From Rhodospirillaceae bacterium (GTDB taxonomy: Bacteria; Pseudomonadota; Alphaproteobacteria; Rhodospirillales; UBA2165): a DNA stretch of 64,000 nucleotides. Numbering within the stretch: position 1 is the stretch's first letter; each line of letters begins with the position of its first letter. This document shows, piece by piece, positions 40,745-50,051 of the stretch. The translations under genes were made by a program, and so were the position numbers. The notes under the pieces are model-generated. The model was not told the origin of the DNA and made no database searches. It worked only from the letters and a program-made list of their open reading frames with translations. Where the stretch lies: contig JABHAA010000147.1 of the NCBI GenBank assembly GCA_018674495.1, positions 24,111 through 88,110 of the forward strand, in the 5' to 3' direction.

Positions 40745-41791
40745 ATGGTAGAGCACGAAATGATTTCCGACGCCACCGAATGGCGCGGTCCCGAAATGGT
40801 CGGAAGCGACGATTGGTACCATTCGTTTACCGATACGCATTTGGCCGAGGTTCGCTCCGCGCTAACAGGCGTCACCGGCAAAGGGTTGGAGCTTGGCGCC
40901 TTCGGCAAGGATGATTTTCCCTTGCAAAGCCTTAGCGATGAGCTGGCCTGGGTTCGGGATCAACTGCAAACCGGGCCCGGTTTCGCCATGCTGCGCGGCT
41001 TTCCAGTCGCCGATTTTACCGAGCCGGAGCTGCGCCTGATTTATTGGGGTATCGGCCAGCATCTGGGCACGCCCCTGGCACAAAGCCGGCATGGTGATCT
41101 GCTTGGCGATGTACGCGATATCGGCGCCACCGCCGGCGCCGAGCATGGCCGCGGCTATACCGGCAATGACGAGCTGTATTATCACTCGGACGGCTGCGAC
41201 ATTACCGGATTATTTTGCCTCAACGTGGCCAAGCAGGGCGGCCTAAGCCAGCTGGTAAGCGCCGCCGCCGCCCACAACGAGATCGCCCGCCGCCGGCCCG
41301 ATTTGCTGGCGGAATTGTACGCACCGTTTTATTGGAGCCACCGGGGCCAGGAGCTGCCCGGAACATCGCCTCATTATATGCAGCCCGTTTTTGCCATCGA
41401 ACAGGGCCATTTCATCAGCCGCTATCTTCGCAGCCATATCGAATGGGGACACAAGTCGGCAGAGGTCGATCTGACAGCGACACAAATCGAAGCCCTAGAT
41501 CTGCTGGAAGCGGTGACCAACGATCCCGCCTTCACCATGGAAAAAACCTTCGCGCCCGGCGATATGCAATTTTCCAATAATCTAAAGGTTTTCCACGCCC
41601 GCACCGAGTTTACCGACCACGACGATCCGGCCCTGAAACGGCATTTGTTGCGCATGTGGCTGGCAGTACCCAACTCACCGCCGCTGCCCGAAAGCTTCAA
41701 GGCGTTTTTCCGGGAAACCGGCGCCGGGAGCTTACGCGGCGGCAATCAGGCCTGGCAGGGCACCACCTTCAAAACCACGGAAGCAGTATAA
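40745..41791 (+). CDS. TauD/TfdA (clavaminate-synthase-like) Fe(II)/2-oxoglutarate dioxygenase-family protein
   Basis: YHSDGCD (HxD) motif and a distal His in FHARTEF. 348 aa. Confidence 0.7.
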   Translation: MVEHEMISDATEWRGPEMVGSDDWYHSFTDTHLAEVRSALTGVTGKGLELGAFGKDDFPLQSLSDELAWVRDQLQTGPGFAMLRGFPVADFTEPELRLIYWGIGQHLGTPLAQSRHGDLLGDVRDIGATAGAEHGRGYTGNDELYYHSDGCDITGLFCLNVAKQGGLSQLVSAAAAHNEIARRRPDLLAELYAPFYWSHRGQELPGTSPHYMQPVFAIEQGHFISRYLRSHIEWGHKSAEVDLTATQIEALDLLEAVTNDPAFTMEKTFAPGDMQFSNNLKVFHARTEFTDHDDPALKRHLLRMWLAVPNSPPLPESFKAFFRETGAGSLRGGNQAWQGTTFKTTEAV

Positions 41792-41795
41792 TCAT

Positions 41796-43010
41796 ATGAG
41801 CGATCAAGCCTCCGACACCCTGCCGCTGGCTGGAGTGCGCGTCCTCGAATTCTGCCATACCATCATGGGTCCGTCGGCGGGGGTATTGCTCGCCGACCTG
41901 GGCGCTGACGTGATTAAAATCGAAGCCGCGCCGGACGGCGACAGCACCCGGCGTATGCGCGGATTTGGTACCGGCTTTTTCTATGCCTTCAACCGCAACA
42001 AGCGCTCTCTGGCGGTAGACTTGAAGTCTGACCAGGGGCGGGAGCTGATCTACAAGCTGGCCGAAAACGCCGACGTAGTCTTGGAAAATTTCGGCCCCGG
42101 CACCATGGACCGGCTCAAATGCGGCTATGACGATTTGTCGGCAATCAATCCGCGTCTCATATACTGTGCGTTGAAAGGCTTCCTTTCCGGCCCTTACGAG
42201 CACCGCCCGGCGCTCGATGAGGTGGTGCAATATATGGGCGGCCTCGCTTATATGACCGGCCCGCCGGGCACGCCTTTGCGCGCCGGCGCATCGGTTATAG
42301 ATATCATGGGCGGCATGTTCGCGGTGATCGGCGTTCAGGCCGCCTTGCTCGAACGTGAAACAACCGGGCGCGGCCAGTTCGTCAAATCGGCCTTGTTCGA
42401 ATCGACCACATTCTTGATGACCCAGCATATGGCCGGCGAGGCGATCACCGGCAAGCCGGCGCCGCCGATGGCATCGAAAGGCGCGCGCGCCGGCATCTGG
42501 GCCATCTACGAAGCGTTTGAAACCTCGGATGACGAGAAAATTTTCATCGGCCTAACCAGCGATAAGCATTGGCGCGCCTTCTGGGAACATTTCGAGCGCC
42601 CCGATATTATCGAGAACCCGCGCTTCGCCACCAATGCGGACCGGGTCGAGAACCGGCCAGAGTTTCGCGACGTGGTGGCCGATTGCATAAAAGAGCGGAC
42701 GTTGGCGGAGATGACTGTATTGGCGGACAGCATGAACATTCCCTTCGCGCCGGTGTCCAAGCCGGGCGATCTATTCGATGATCCGCAATTGAACGCCCAT
42801 GGCCGCATGCTGGATATTGAATTTCCCAACGGCGTTACCAAGCCGGTGCCGCCGATGCCCATCGAAATGGGAGATCATGTATTCTCCCTTCGCCGCCAAG
42901 CGCCAAAGGTGGGTGAACATACCCGCGAAATCCTGGACGAATTGGGACTGGATGAGGCGGCCATTGACGAACTTCAAGGCCAGGGCGTGGTTATCTGGCC
43001 AGACGCCTAG
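41796..43010 (+). CDS. Family III CoA-transferase (CaiB/BaiF-type)
   Basis: N-terminus PLAGVRVLEF...GP.AG.LLADLGADVIKIE. About 400 aa. Confidence 0.85.
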   Translation: MSDQASDTLPLAGVRVLEFCHTIMGPSAGVLLADLGADVIKIEAAPDGDSTRRMRGFGTGFFYAFNRNKRSLAVDLKSDQGRELIYKLAENADVVLENFGPGTMDRLKCGYDDLSAINPRLIYCALKGFLSGPYEHRPALDEVVQYMGGLAYMTGPPGTPLRAGASVIDIMGGMFAVIGVQAALLERETTGRGQFVKSALFESTTFLMTQHMAGEAITGKPAPPMASKGARAGIWAIYEAFETSDDEKIFIGLTSDKHWRAFWEHFERPDIIENPRFATNADRVENRPEFRDVVADCIKERTLAEMTVLADSMNIPFAPVSKPGDLFDDPQLNAHGRMLDIEFPNGVTKPVPPMPIEMGDHVFSLRRQAPKVGEHTREILDELGLDEAAIDELQGQGVVIWPDA

Positions 43011-43023
43011 AGCGGTTCCGGCA

Positions 43024-44514
43024 TCAATCGCCGCTCTTCGGCAACCAGAGCGTAAAGCGCGCACCGCCTTCCCGCCGGTCTTCGATTTCGATATCACCGC
43101 CATGGCCGCGAAGGACGCTGCGCGCGATCGCCAAACCAAGACCAATGCCGCCGGTTTCCTTGCTGCGCGAACTTTCCAGCCGCACGAATGGCTCGAATAT
43201 TTTTTCCCGCTCCGCCTCTGGGATACCGGGCCCGAAATCATCGACATACACCGAAATTCTTTGCGCATTTTCAGCTAAGCTGAGAATGGCGCGATTGCCA
43301 TAGCGAATGGCGTTCTCGGCCACATTGCGGATGGCCCGGCGCAACGCTGCGGGCCGGCAGCGGACAACCAGCCGCTCGGCTTCATAGAAAGAAATATCGA
43401 GCCCCATATTCTGGAGATCGTCGCACAAACTGTCGATCAATGCGCTGATATCGACGCTGCGTGTGTCTTCCCGTACCGCGTCCTCACGAGCGTAATCCAG
43501 GGCGGCTTCGGTCAATTCCTGCATTTCCTCCAGAGTTTCCAACATGCGAGTGCGCGCCTCTTCATCGTCGACCATTTCGGCCCGCAGGCGAAGCGATGTG
43601 ATCGGTGTGCGCAAGTCGTGGGTAATCGCGGCCAGCATGCGCGCGCGGTCGCTCACAAAACGTTCGAGCCTTTCAGTCATGGCATTAAAGGCGCGCGTCG
43701 TGCCCTGGATGTCGGAGGGTCCATCTTCCGGCAGGGCGGTCACGGCTTCGCCGCGCCCCAACCGCTCGGCCGCCTCGGCCAGCCGGGCCATCGGCCGCGT
43801 GACGCGCCGAACCATCAAAACGGCGATCAGGATGAGGATCAATCCGGCGGCGCCCATTGCGATCACCGAGGAAACCGCGATTGCCATATCCGGCGGCGGA
43901 ACCCGCGTAGCCGCATTCAACCAGCGCCCATTGTTGATGCGCAACGAGACAGCAACCCCGCCCATCCTGGCGGCGTGCATATCTTGAGGACGCATCCGTT
44001 GATGCATGTTGCGGGCGTCCGCGTGAGGGCCGCCGAACATGCGCGCAATGGGGCGCCCCTCCCGCCAGCCCCGCAAAATTGATTGGTCGTCGTCGTCGCC
44101 TTCGATAACCGAGACACGGACGTCGCGCTGCCCGGCACCAAGGAGCGTGCCCAAACGCCCGGCCAATATACGGCCAAGAGTATCCTCGTCGCTATCGTGG
44201 TCATCATCATCGTCGTCCGCGCGAAGCCCGCTTTCGCCATGAGCGGCCACAACCGGAGTATCAGATAAATGAAATCTGGCGCCGGGGGTGCTTGCCGAGG
44301 CCAGGATTGCCTTGTGCAAGCCCGGCGGCGCCTCTTCCATCAATTTGACAACGGCGACGATCCGCGACAGCACCTCCTGGCGCGCCGCGAACATAAGCGC
44401 CAGCCTTCGTTCATCGTGCAGGATAATCAGAACGACCGCCTGGGCCGCAATCAGGATAATCAGGAGAACGGCGGTTAATTGCCCGGCGAGGCTTCGCGGC
44501 CAAATATATTTCAT
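43024..44514 (-). CDS. Sensor histidine kinase (2 TM, acidic and Met/His-rich periplasmic domain, HAMP, HisKA, HATPase)
   Basis: H-box AAITHDLRTPITSL and G-box GGIGLGLAIA. The periplasmic segment contains DDDDDDHDSDED, EGDDDDQS and MFGGPHADARNMHQRMRPQDMH. Confidence 0.85.
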   Translation of the reverse strand: MKYIWPRSLAGQLTAVLLIILIAAQAVVLIILHDERRLALMFAARQEVLSRIVAVVKLMEEAPPGLHKAILASASTPGARFHLSDTPVVAAHGESGLRADDDDDDHDSDEDTLGRILAGRLGTLLGAGQRDVRVSVIEGDDDDQSILRGWREGRPIARMFGGPHADARNMHQRMRPQDMHAARMGGVAVSLRINNGRWLNAATRVPPPDMAIAVSSVIAMGAAGLILILIAVLMVRRVTRPMARLAEAAERLGRGEAVTALPEDGPSDIQGTTRAFNAMTERLERFVSDRARMLAAITHDLRTPITSLRLRAEMVDDEEARTRMLETLEEMQELTEAALDYAREDAVREDTRSVDISALIDSLCDDLQNMGLDISFYEAERLVVRCRPAALRRAIRNVAENAIRYGNRAILSLAENAQRISVYVDDFGPGIPEAEREKIFEPFVRLESSRSKETGGIGLGLAIARSVLRGHGGDIEIEDRREGGARFTLWLPKSGD

Positions 44515-45230
44515 GTCCGCTCCACCTCGGCAGTGAACATGTAGCCGCCGCCGCGCACGGTTTTGATCAAAGTCGGGTTTTTGGCATCCGGTTCGATCTT
44601 CCGGCGCAGGCGGCTCACCTGATTGTCGATGGCCCGGTCGAACACGCGGGCGGCACGGCCACTGGTAATATCCAACAATTGATCGCGGCTCAGCACGGCA
44701 AGCGGATGATCGATAAACGCCGAAAGCAAAAGGAAGTCGGCCGAACTGAGCGGCAGCGAAACCCCATCCGCACCGATCAATTCCCGCTGGGCCAGATCAA
44801 GTGTCCAGCCGGCGAAGCGAACGGTGGATGCTTCCAGTGGCCGCAAGCGCGGCGGCATGGCGTTGGTGCGCCGCGAGATTGTTTTGATGCGCGCCAACAA
44901 TTCGCGTGGATTGAACGGTTTCGTCACATAATCATCGGCGCCCACTTCCAGCCCGATGATGCGGTCCGTTTCGTCATCGCGTGCGGTGAGGAGGATAACC
45001 GGCAAGTCGGAGCTTTGGCGGATAAATTGGCACAGCGACAATCCGTCCTCGCCCGGCATCATAATATCTAAGATAACCAAATCGATGGATGCTATTTTCA
45101 AGGCTTTGCGGGCCTCGCGTGCGTCGGCGGCACTGCTGGCCCGGTATCCGTTCTTCTCCAGATACTTGACCAGGGAATCCCGGATATCGCGATGATCATC
45201 GACGACCAATATATGCGGCTGTTCATTCAA
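44511..45230 (-). CDS. OmpR-family response regulator
   Basis: Receiver domain (HILVVDD...DLVILDIMMPGEDG). Winged-helix motif VSRLRRKIE. Overlaps the kinase gene by 4 bp. Confidence 0.9.
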   Translation of the reverse strand: MNEQPHILVVDDHRDIRDSLVKYLEKNGYRASSAADAREARKALKIASIDLVILDIMMPGEDGLSLCQFIRQSSDLPVILLTARDDETDRIIGLEVGADDYVTKPFNPRELLARIKTISRRTNAMPPRLRPLEASTVRFAGWTLDLAQRELIGADGVSLPLSSADFLLLSAFIDHPLAVLSRDQLLDITSGRAARVFDRAIDNQVSRLRRKIEPDAKNPTLIKTVRGGGYMFTAEVERT

Positions 45231-45332
45231 AGTCAGGTCTCACATTTCTATAGCGCGACGGTACATTTTCCGTCCACGCCATCCAATAAAACCCCGTTTG
45301 CGAGGCTCCAGGCAAATATTTTTGTATCAGAC

Positions 45333-45399
45333 TGTCGCAGAACCAGAAATGCCCATGATTTGCGACACTTTAAGGCTCCGGCGACATAAGTCTGCGACA
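45333..45399. promoter_or_regulatory. Cluster of (T/G)GCGACA motifs in the divergent promoter region (candidate response-regulator sites)
   Basis: TGTCGCA (inverted) at 45333-45339. TGCGACA at 45361-45367, GGCGACA at 45380-45386 and TGCGACA at 45393-45399. All lie upstream of ATG 45450. Confidence 0.3.
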
Positions 45400-45449
45400 T
45401 TGAAGGCGTAATGTTTCCAAAGTTCAACGAGTTCAAAAGGAGTAAAATC

Positions 45450-46091
45450 ATGAAGCGCAAAAATAACATTCTCGTCGCCGTTCTGGCCGCGGTCTCGGTA
45501 CTCGCAATCGGCGCCTTCGCCGTCAGCGAAGCCCATGAAAGTTCCAAGCAACGCTACGGTGCCACCGGTGGATACATGAGCGGCCCCATGGGCGGAAACA
45601 TGGGCGGAAACATGGGCGGACATATGGGTGGCCGCATGGGTGGTCACATGGGAATGGGCAATTTCCAAATGAACATGGGCGGCCAAATGGGCATGGGCGG
45701 AGGCCACGGCCCCAGCGCGGCGATGTGGGACCATATGGATACCAATAAGGATGGAACCATTACCAAGGAAGAGATTTCCAAGCTGCAACGGGACCAAATC
45801 GCCAAATTCGATACAAACGGCGACGGAAAGCTGTCCTTGGGCGAATTTCAAGGATTGTGGACTGACCGAATGAAGGAACGGATTGTCGATCACTTCCAAG
45901 CCATCGACAACAACGGCGATGCAACCGTGACTCTGGAAGAAATCTCTCGCCTCACCGGCCGCATGACCACCATGTTTGACCGCAACGGCGATGGGACGAT
46001 TACCAAGGATGAAATGCGCGGCGGGCATCGTGGCTTCGGCGCCCAGGACGATCACGACGACGACGATGATGACAAACGCAAAGGCCGTTAA
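45450..46091 (+). CDS. Secreted EF-hand calcium-binding protein with an N-terminal Gly-Met-His repeat and an acidic tail
   Basis: RBS AAAGGAG. Signal peptide MKRKNNILVAVLAAVSVLAIGAFA. Repeat GGNMGGNMGGHMGGRMGGHMGMG..MGGQMGMGGGHG. Four canonical EF loops: DTNKDGTITKEE, DTNGDGKLSLGE, DNNGDATVTLEE, DRNGDGTITKDE. Tail DDHDDDDDDKRKGR. Confidence 0.8.
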   Translation: MKRKNNILVAVLAAVSVLAIGAFAVSEAHESSKQRYGATGGYMSGPMGGNMGGNMGGHMGGRMGGHMGMGNFQMNMGGQMGMGGGHGPSAAMWDHMDTNKDGTITKEEISKLQRDQIAKFDTNGDGKLSLGEFQGLWTDRMKERIVDHFQAIDNNGDATVTLEEISRLTGRMTTMFDRNGDGTITKDEMRGGHRGFGAQDDHDDDDDDKRKGR

Positions 46092-46119
46092 ACGGTAATG
46101 CAAAAATCCGAAGTAGGGA

Positions 46120-46148
46120 AACCCGGCTCAGGCGCCGGGTTTTCTTTT
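46120..46148 (+). terminator. Rho-independent terminator after the EF-hand gene
   Basis: AACCCGGC...GCCGGGTT hairpin followed by TTCTTTT. Confidence 0.6.
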
Positions 46149-46150
46149 CC

Positions 46151-46657
46151 CTAAGCCGCCGCTTCCTCTTTCAGCACCGCCATAACACCGCCGGCGCGGA
46201 CGATTTTCAGCAAATCCTCCGGCATCAAGGCGCCCTGCATTTCGGTCCCCTGGGTGACGTTCTTGACCAAGGATTTTTCGAAATCCAGTTGCAGATCGTC
46301 GCCCTCGTTGAAGGCTTCGGAAATACCGGGGCAGGCCATCACCGGCAAGGCTATGGCGACCGCGTTGCGGAAAAAAATACGGCCGAAGCTTTCGGCAACA
46401 ACGCAACCGATACCCAGCATTTTTAGATTGGCCGGCGCCTGCTGGCGCGACGAGCCGCAACCGAAATTGGCGCCGGCAACGATCACATCGCCTTCCGCCA
46501 CACCTTCGGTGAAGCCTTCGTGGATATGCAGGATGGTTTTCTTCGCCTGCTCCCACTCCATGCCTTTGGAAAAGCTAGGCGCCATAAAATCGGTATTGAT
46601 GTCGTCGCCGAACTTCCAGACCTTGCCGTCGACGACGATGGTGTTGCTGATGGACAT
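46151..46657 (-). CDS. Aconitase-family small subunit (LeuD-like, type 2)
   Basis: [13 protein letters not shown] motif. 168 aa. Confidence 0.75.
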   Translation of the reverse strand: MSISNTIVVDGKVWKFGDDINTDFMAPSFSKGMEWEQAKKTILHIHEGFTEGVAEGDVIVAGANFGCGSSRQQAPANLKMLGIGCVVAESFGRIFFRNAVAIALPVMACPGISEAFNEGDDLQLDFEKSLVKNVTQGTEMQGALMPEDLLKIVRAGGVMAVLKEEAAA

Positions 46658-46672
46658 TTCAATATCCCCCGC

Positions 46673-47935
46673 TCAATTCAAATATTTTCTGGGATCGGCG
46701 ATCTTGCCTTCGATGGCCGATGCGGCCACCGTTTCCGGCGATGCCAGATGGTTGAAGGCGTCAGGACTGCCCATGCGCCCCTTGAAGTTGCGGTTGGTGG
46801 ACGCAATACCGTTCTCGCCAGCGCCCAACACGCCAGTGGAGCCGCCGCCGCAGGGCCCGCAGCCGGGCGGCGCGATCATGGCGCCGGCCTGCACCAGATC
46901 ATTCAGCACGCCGCTTTTGGTGACGTTCATCATCACTTCTTGCGACGACGGGATGACCAGAAGCCGGGTGCCAGGCGCCACCTTGCGGCCTCTGAGGATC
47001 ACCGCCGCCCGCTCCAAATCTTCGGTCCGGGAGTTGGTGCAGGAGCCAATAAACGCTTGTTGCACCGGCACATCGCCGACCTCGGAAATGGACTTCACAT
47101 TGTCGGGGTTGTGCGGGAAGGCCACCTGCGGTTCCAGGTTCGCGCAATCCATATGATGGGTTTCCACATAGACCGCGTCGGCATCGGGGCCGAAATGTTC
47201 GATCTTGGCGTCGGTGCGAGTAGCCAGGTACGCGATGGTTTTATCGTCCGCCGCGAACATGGCGAACTTGGCGCCCATTTCGACACCGATATTGGACATG
47301 GTCATGCGCGCCTCGACGCTCATCGCGGCGGCACCGGAGCCGGTGAACTCGATCGACATATATTGCGCCTTGTCGGCGGTGTGCTTGCCCAAGAGCGCCA
47401 GCATCACGTCTTTCGACGAAACCCCCGCCGCCAAATCGCCTTCGAGCACAAAATTTATGGTCTCGGGCACCTGGAACCAGTTGGAGCCCTTGTACATAGA
47501 ATAGGCCAGCTCCGACGCACCCATGCCGGTCGCCGCTGCGGCCAGCGCCCCATAGGTGGTCGTATGGGAATCGGCGCCGATGATCAGATGGCCAGGATGG
47601 GCGTGGCCTTTTTCCGGCAGGACAGTGTGTTCGATGCCGACGCCCGCGTCATAGAAATATTTGACCCCGAACTGGGCGGCGTATTCCCGAAGGCGGGTCT
47701 GCAATTCCGCGTCTCTGGCGGTCATCGCCGGGATGCGGTGATCGTTGCAGACCACCACCTTGTCGGGATCGGCGAAACTGGTCAGGCCGATATCGACCAG
47801 GTTGCGGCAGGCATCCGCAAAGGTGATGTCGTTGCCCATCATCACATCGATCTCGGCGGTTACATATTCGCCGGGGCTCACGCTTTCCCGCCCAGAATGG
47901 CTGGCCAGGATTTTTTCCGCCATCGTCATACCCAT
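46673..47935 (-). CDS. Aconitase-family large subunit (LeuC-like, type 2; isopropylmalate/homoaconitate/dimethylmaleate-hydratase class)
   Basis: MAEKILASHSG N-terminus. Fe-S ligand motifs GSCTNSR and PGCGPC. 420 aa. Confidence 0.8.
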   Translation of the reverse strand: MGMTMAEKILASHSGRESVSPGEYVTAEIDVMMGNDITFADACRNLVDIGLTSFADPDKVVVCNDHRIPAMTARDAELQTRLREYAAQFGVKYFYDAGVGIEHTVLPEKGHAHPGHLIIGADSHTTTYGALAAAATGMGASELAYSMYKGSNWFQVPETINFVLEGDLAAGVSSKDVMLALLGKHTADKAQYMSIEFTGSGAAAMSVEARMTMSNIGVEMGAKFAMFAADDKTIAYLATRTDAKIEHFGPDADAVYVETHHMDCANLEPQVAFPHNPDNVKSISEVGDVPVQQAFIGSCTNSRTEDLERAAVILRGRKVAPGTRLLVIPSSQEVMMNVTKSGVLNDLVQAGAMIAPPGCGPCGGGSTGVLGAGENGIASTNRNFKGRMGSPDAFNHLASPETVAASAIEGKIADPRKYLN

Positions 47936-48020
47936 AACCGCTTCCCCTTGATCAATTGCTCTATTGTTGAAATCATCATATCAGCAGATAAGCCTGCGTC
48001 CAGAACAAGGGAGAGCATTC

Positions 48021-48509
48021 GTGAACCAATTAACCAACATGGCCGCCGCCGTTGGCCAGCTTCTTAAAGATCGTGGCGAGACGGTAGGGGTATCGGAATC
48101 CTCAACCGGTGGGCTGGTCTCGGCGGCGCTTTTGTCGATCCCCGGCGCGTCCGCATATTTCACCGGCGGCGCCGCCAACTACACCCACACCGCGCGCGAA
48201 GCCTTCATCGGGTTCAGTCTCGACGATCATCCAGGCATGCGCTCTTCGACCGAGCCTTTCGTCGAATTGGGCGCGAAGACGGTGCGCGAAGTTCTCGGCA
48301 CCACATGGGGAGTTGCCGAAGCCGGCGCAGCAGGGCCGACGGGTAACCGATACGGCGACGATGCCGGCCATAGCTGCATCGCCATTGCCGGGCCGGTCAA
48401 CAAGGTGATTACGATTGAGACCGGCGACAGCGACCGGGAAGCCAATATGTGGCGCTTCGCCGAAGAAGTATTGAAAACCTTCGAAGCCGCGATCCGCGAA
48501 GCCGGTTAG
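48021..48509 (+). CDS. CinA-C-terminal-domain protein (nicotinamide-nucleotide amidohydrolase PncC-like)
   Basis: GVSESSTGGLVSAALLSIPGASAYF.GG..Y motif. GTG 48021 is preceded by AAGGGAGAG. Confidence 0.8.
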   Translation: MNQLTNMAAAVGQLLKDRGETVGVSESSTGGLVSAALLSIPGASAYFTGGAANYTHTAREAFIGFSLDDHPGMRSSTEPFVELGAKTVREVLGTTWGVAEAGAAGPTGNRYGDDAGHSCIAIAGPVNKVITIETGDSDREANMWRFAEEVLKTFEAAIREAG

Positions 48510-48573
48510 GCGAACGGATTGCCGTCGGCATCGATGGCGCTGGGCAGTCCCCGGACCCGGCCCAGCCAGGCGG

Positions 48574-49188
48574 CTATGCGACCAAATTCTGATCGATATA
48601 TTCGATCATTTTGATGACGCTCTCATCGATGCTTTGCTGGGCCGTATCGACCGTATATTCAGCCTTTTCTGGCTCTTCGTAGGGCGCCGAGACGCCGGTA
48701 TATTCCGGAATTTTGCCGGCTCGGGCCAGCGCCCAATGGCCCTTGGGATCGCGCCGCTCGCAGGTTTCGATGTCGGCGTCGATATAAATCTCGTGGAACA
48801 AGTCGCCGGCGGCTTTGCGGGCGATGTCCCTGTCTTCCCGGTAAGGCGAAATGAAGGCGGTGATGACGATGAAACCGGCATCGGCAAAGAGGCTCGCAAC
48901 CTCGCCGATGCGGCGGATATTTTCAGTGCGATCTTCCGGCGAAAACCCAAGATCCGAGGAAAGGCCCTGGCGCACATTGTCGCCGTCGAGCACATAAACC
49001 TGGCGGCCCAATTCAAACAATTTGTGTTCGGTCTCGATGGCCAGTGTGGATTTACCGGAACCGGGCAACCCAGTGAACCAAAGGACGCCGCCCCGATGAC
49101 TGTTGGCGCCAGCCCGCGCCTCCGCCGAAATGCGATGTTTCACGGTAACAAGGTTATCAGATTTAATCGCCATTATTGTATCCACCAA
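48574..49188 (-). CDS. cysC: Adenylyl-sulfate (APS) kinase
   Basis: P-loop GLPGSGKST. LDGDNVR and FISPYREDR motifs. 204 aa. No cysD/cysN is adjacent. Confidence 0.85.
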   Translation of the reverse strand: MVDTIMAIKSDNLVTVKHRISAEARAGANSHRGGVLWFTGLPGSGKSTLAIETEHKLFELGRQVYVLDGDNVRQGLSSDLGFSPEDRTENIRRIGEVASLFADAGFIVITAFISPYREDRDIARKAAGDLFHEIYIDADIETCERRDPKGHWALARAGKIPEYTGVSAPYEEPEKAEYTVDTAQQSIDESVIKMIEYIDQNLVA

Positions 49189-49243
49189 TAAATTTGCCGG
49201 CCCAATGCCAGCGCACAGCTTCTAAAAGAATTGACCCGCCGCT

Positions 49244-50047
49244 TCAAGTCACTTTCGGCTCCACATCCAGACGCGCGACGATGCCTTTGAGATCACCGGT
49301 CGGCGCCGGGTAGCGTTCCAGCACCAATGGATCATGCCCCGGAATTATGTGATCCGGGCTCGATGCGAGCCGGCGCAAATTCGAAAAACCTTCTAGCATT
49401 TCGCCGGTATTGAAGACCACCGGATAGGGCCGGCCCTCATCCATATTGGCGTAGAAATGCGCCGCATCGGAGGCCAGCACCACCCAGCCGCGCTTGGTCC
49501 AAATCCGCATCACCTGCAATCCCATGGTGTGACCGCCGATGCGGTGCAGCGTGATGCCGGGCGCGATCTCCGCATCGCCGTCGTGGAATTGGACGCGGCC
49601 CTGGAATAGACGTTCGACCATGGTCATCACGTCGGCGGCTTCGAATGAATGGCTGATTGTCCCGTGGCACATATGGCGGCCCGTGGCGAAGGCCATTTCG
49701 TCATCCTGGATGTGAAAGCGCGCTTTGGGAAACAGTTCCAGATTGCCGCCATGGTCGTAATGCATATGGCTGATGATGACGTCTTCCACATCGCTGGTCG
49801 TAACGCCAATGGCAGCCAGGCCTTCCGCCGGATCGGCCAGAAATTCGCGTCCCCGACGGGTGCCCACTTCCGATTTAAAGCCAGTATCGAGGACGTATGT
49901 TCCGCCCGCACCGACAATGGCCCAGACGAAATAATCCAGCGGCATGGGTCCGTCATGGGGATCGCCGCCAATGAAGTTGGCGGCCGCATTACGCTCCAAA
50001 TGGCCATAGCGGACCGCATAAATCTCGTAAGGTTCGGGGCCTGACAC
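49244..50047 (-). CDS. MBL-fold hydrolase of the N-acyl-homoserine-lactonase-like family
   Basis: HMHYDHGGN (HxHxDH) motif. YEIYAVRYG N-terminus, as in AttM/AiiB-like lactonases. Confidence 0.75.
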   Translation of the reverse strand: MSGPEPYEIYAVRYGHLERNAAANFIGGDPHDGPMPLDYFVWAIVGAGGTYVLDTGFKSEVGTRRGREFLADPAEGLAAIGVTTSDVEDVIISHMHYDHGGNLELFPKARFHIQDDEMAFATGRHMCHGTISHSFEAADVMTMVERLFQGRVQFHDGDAEIAPGITLHRIGGHTMGLQVMRIWTKRGWVVLASDAAHFYANMDEGRPYPVVFNTGEMLEGFSNLRRLASSPDHIIPGHDPLVLERYPAPTGDLKGIVARLDVEPKVT

Positions 50048-50051
50048 CGGA

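Noticed and set aside
45549-45720. GGxM-coding repeat region of the EF-hand gene considered as a non-coding simple-sequence repeat or assembly artefact
   Set aside because: The repeat is in frame and imperfect at the nucleotide level. It is flanked by a bona fide signal peptide and four canonical EF-hand loops in the same ORF. It is most simply a coding low-complexity segment.
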